Source: a virus (taxonomy: Duplodnaviria; Caudoviricetes). From it: a stretch of 58,173 bases of DNA. The translations under genes and the position numbers were made by a program. Location: positions 1 through 58,173 of IMG/VR virus record IMGVR_UViG_3300029818_000003; one strand, 5' to 3'. The number at the start of each line of letters is the position of its first letter. Positions within the stretch are counted from its first letter, which is position 1. The notes beneath the pieces are model-generated. The model was not told the origin of the DNA. It searched no databases and saw nothing but the letters and a program-made list of their open reading frames with translations. Shown here piece after piece: positions 57,866 to 58,173 of the stretch.

Positions 57866-57968
57866 TTGTCCCAACTGTCCCAACTCGTTTAAAAAAAGTT
57901 GGGACGGCTGGAAACCAGTAAAGACGCCATGTCCCAACTGTCCCAACCTGTCCCAACCGAAAATAACA
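57866..57968 (-). repeat. 103-bp iteron block, copy 2 (inverted)
   Basis: Near-perfect inverted copy of 52798..52900. Confidence 0.95.
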
Positions 57969-58095
57969 TAGCGTGAAAGCAAATCGCCGCGCGGGTGGGT
58001 GGGTTCATGAATACACCACAGCGCGAAAAATTCGGCGGGCAGCGCATTGCTGCCAGAGTGCGAAAGGACAGCCGCAAGCCTTCGCTGAGTGCATA

Positions 58096-58170
58096 GGGGG
58101 GGGGGTCAAAAGTCTAGATCAACTTCTCGCTAGACCGTTTGCCTAACCGAATTTTTATGTGCGGGGGTTT
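58096..58170 (+). other. Possible HK97-type cos region
   Basis: G10-TCAAAAGTCTA...AGACCG...AATTTTTATGTGCG resembles the cos context of HK97-like phages; downstream genes are outside the window. Confidence 0.4.
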
Positions 58171-58173
58171 TGT

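Larger units (their letters stand above)
51391..58173. mobile_element. P4/PICI-like satellite island (continues past the window)
   Basis: P4-family integrase, AlpA, DUF927 primase-helicase and iteron repeats. Confidence 0.85.

Noticed and set aside
52798-57968. IS/transposon terminal inverted repeats
   Set aside because: No transposase between them and no evident target duplication; the internal octamers fit iterons better

Overview
The window starts at the 3' end of tmRNA (ssrA, 1..74) and then crosses two tandem integrated elements. Element 1 (~75..51390) is an apparently complete ~51 kb siphovirus-type prophage whose only recombinase is a large serine recombinase. In order it carries: a recombinase operon; an XRE + ImmA/IrrE switch with two large unknown genes; a Sak4/SSB/Cas4-like recombination module; a Toprim-D5 primase-helicase; a lambda-like cos; two ParB-fused amino-methyltransferases; an antisense array of four small genes, each headed by the same bipartite repeat; lambda-type head genes; non-contractile tail genes with an embedded glycosyltransferase; and lysis genes. 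It ends in an AT-richer ~9.5 kb defence cargo: M.EcoRII/Dcm-like methylase + Vsr converging on WYL - GmrSD-like - SNF2 - stand-alone EcoRII-N - MORC/GHKL ATPase - HNH. A degenerate copy of the ssrA 3' end (51359..51390) marks the junction with element 2. Element 2 is a P4/PICI-like satellite with a tyrosine integrase, HTH, AlpA and a DUF927 primase-helicase. Its core is bracketed by a 103-bp iteron-rich inverted repeat, and it runs off the window near a possible HK97-type cos. The best candidate for an undescribed system is the split, ATP-driven EcoRII-like restriction module. All family calls come from motif recognition by eye; no database search was run.
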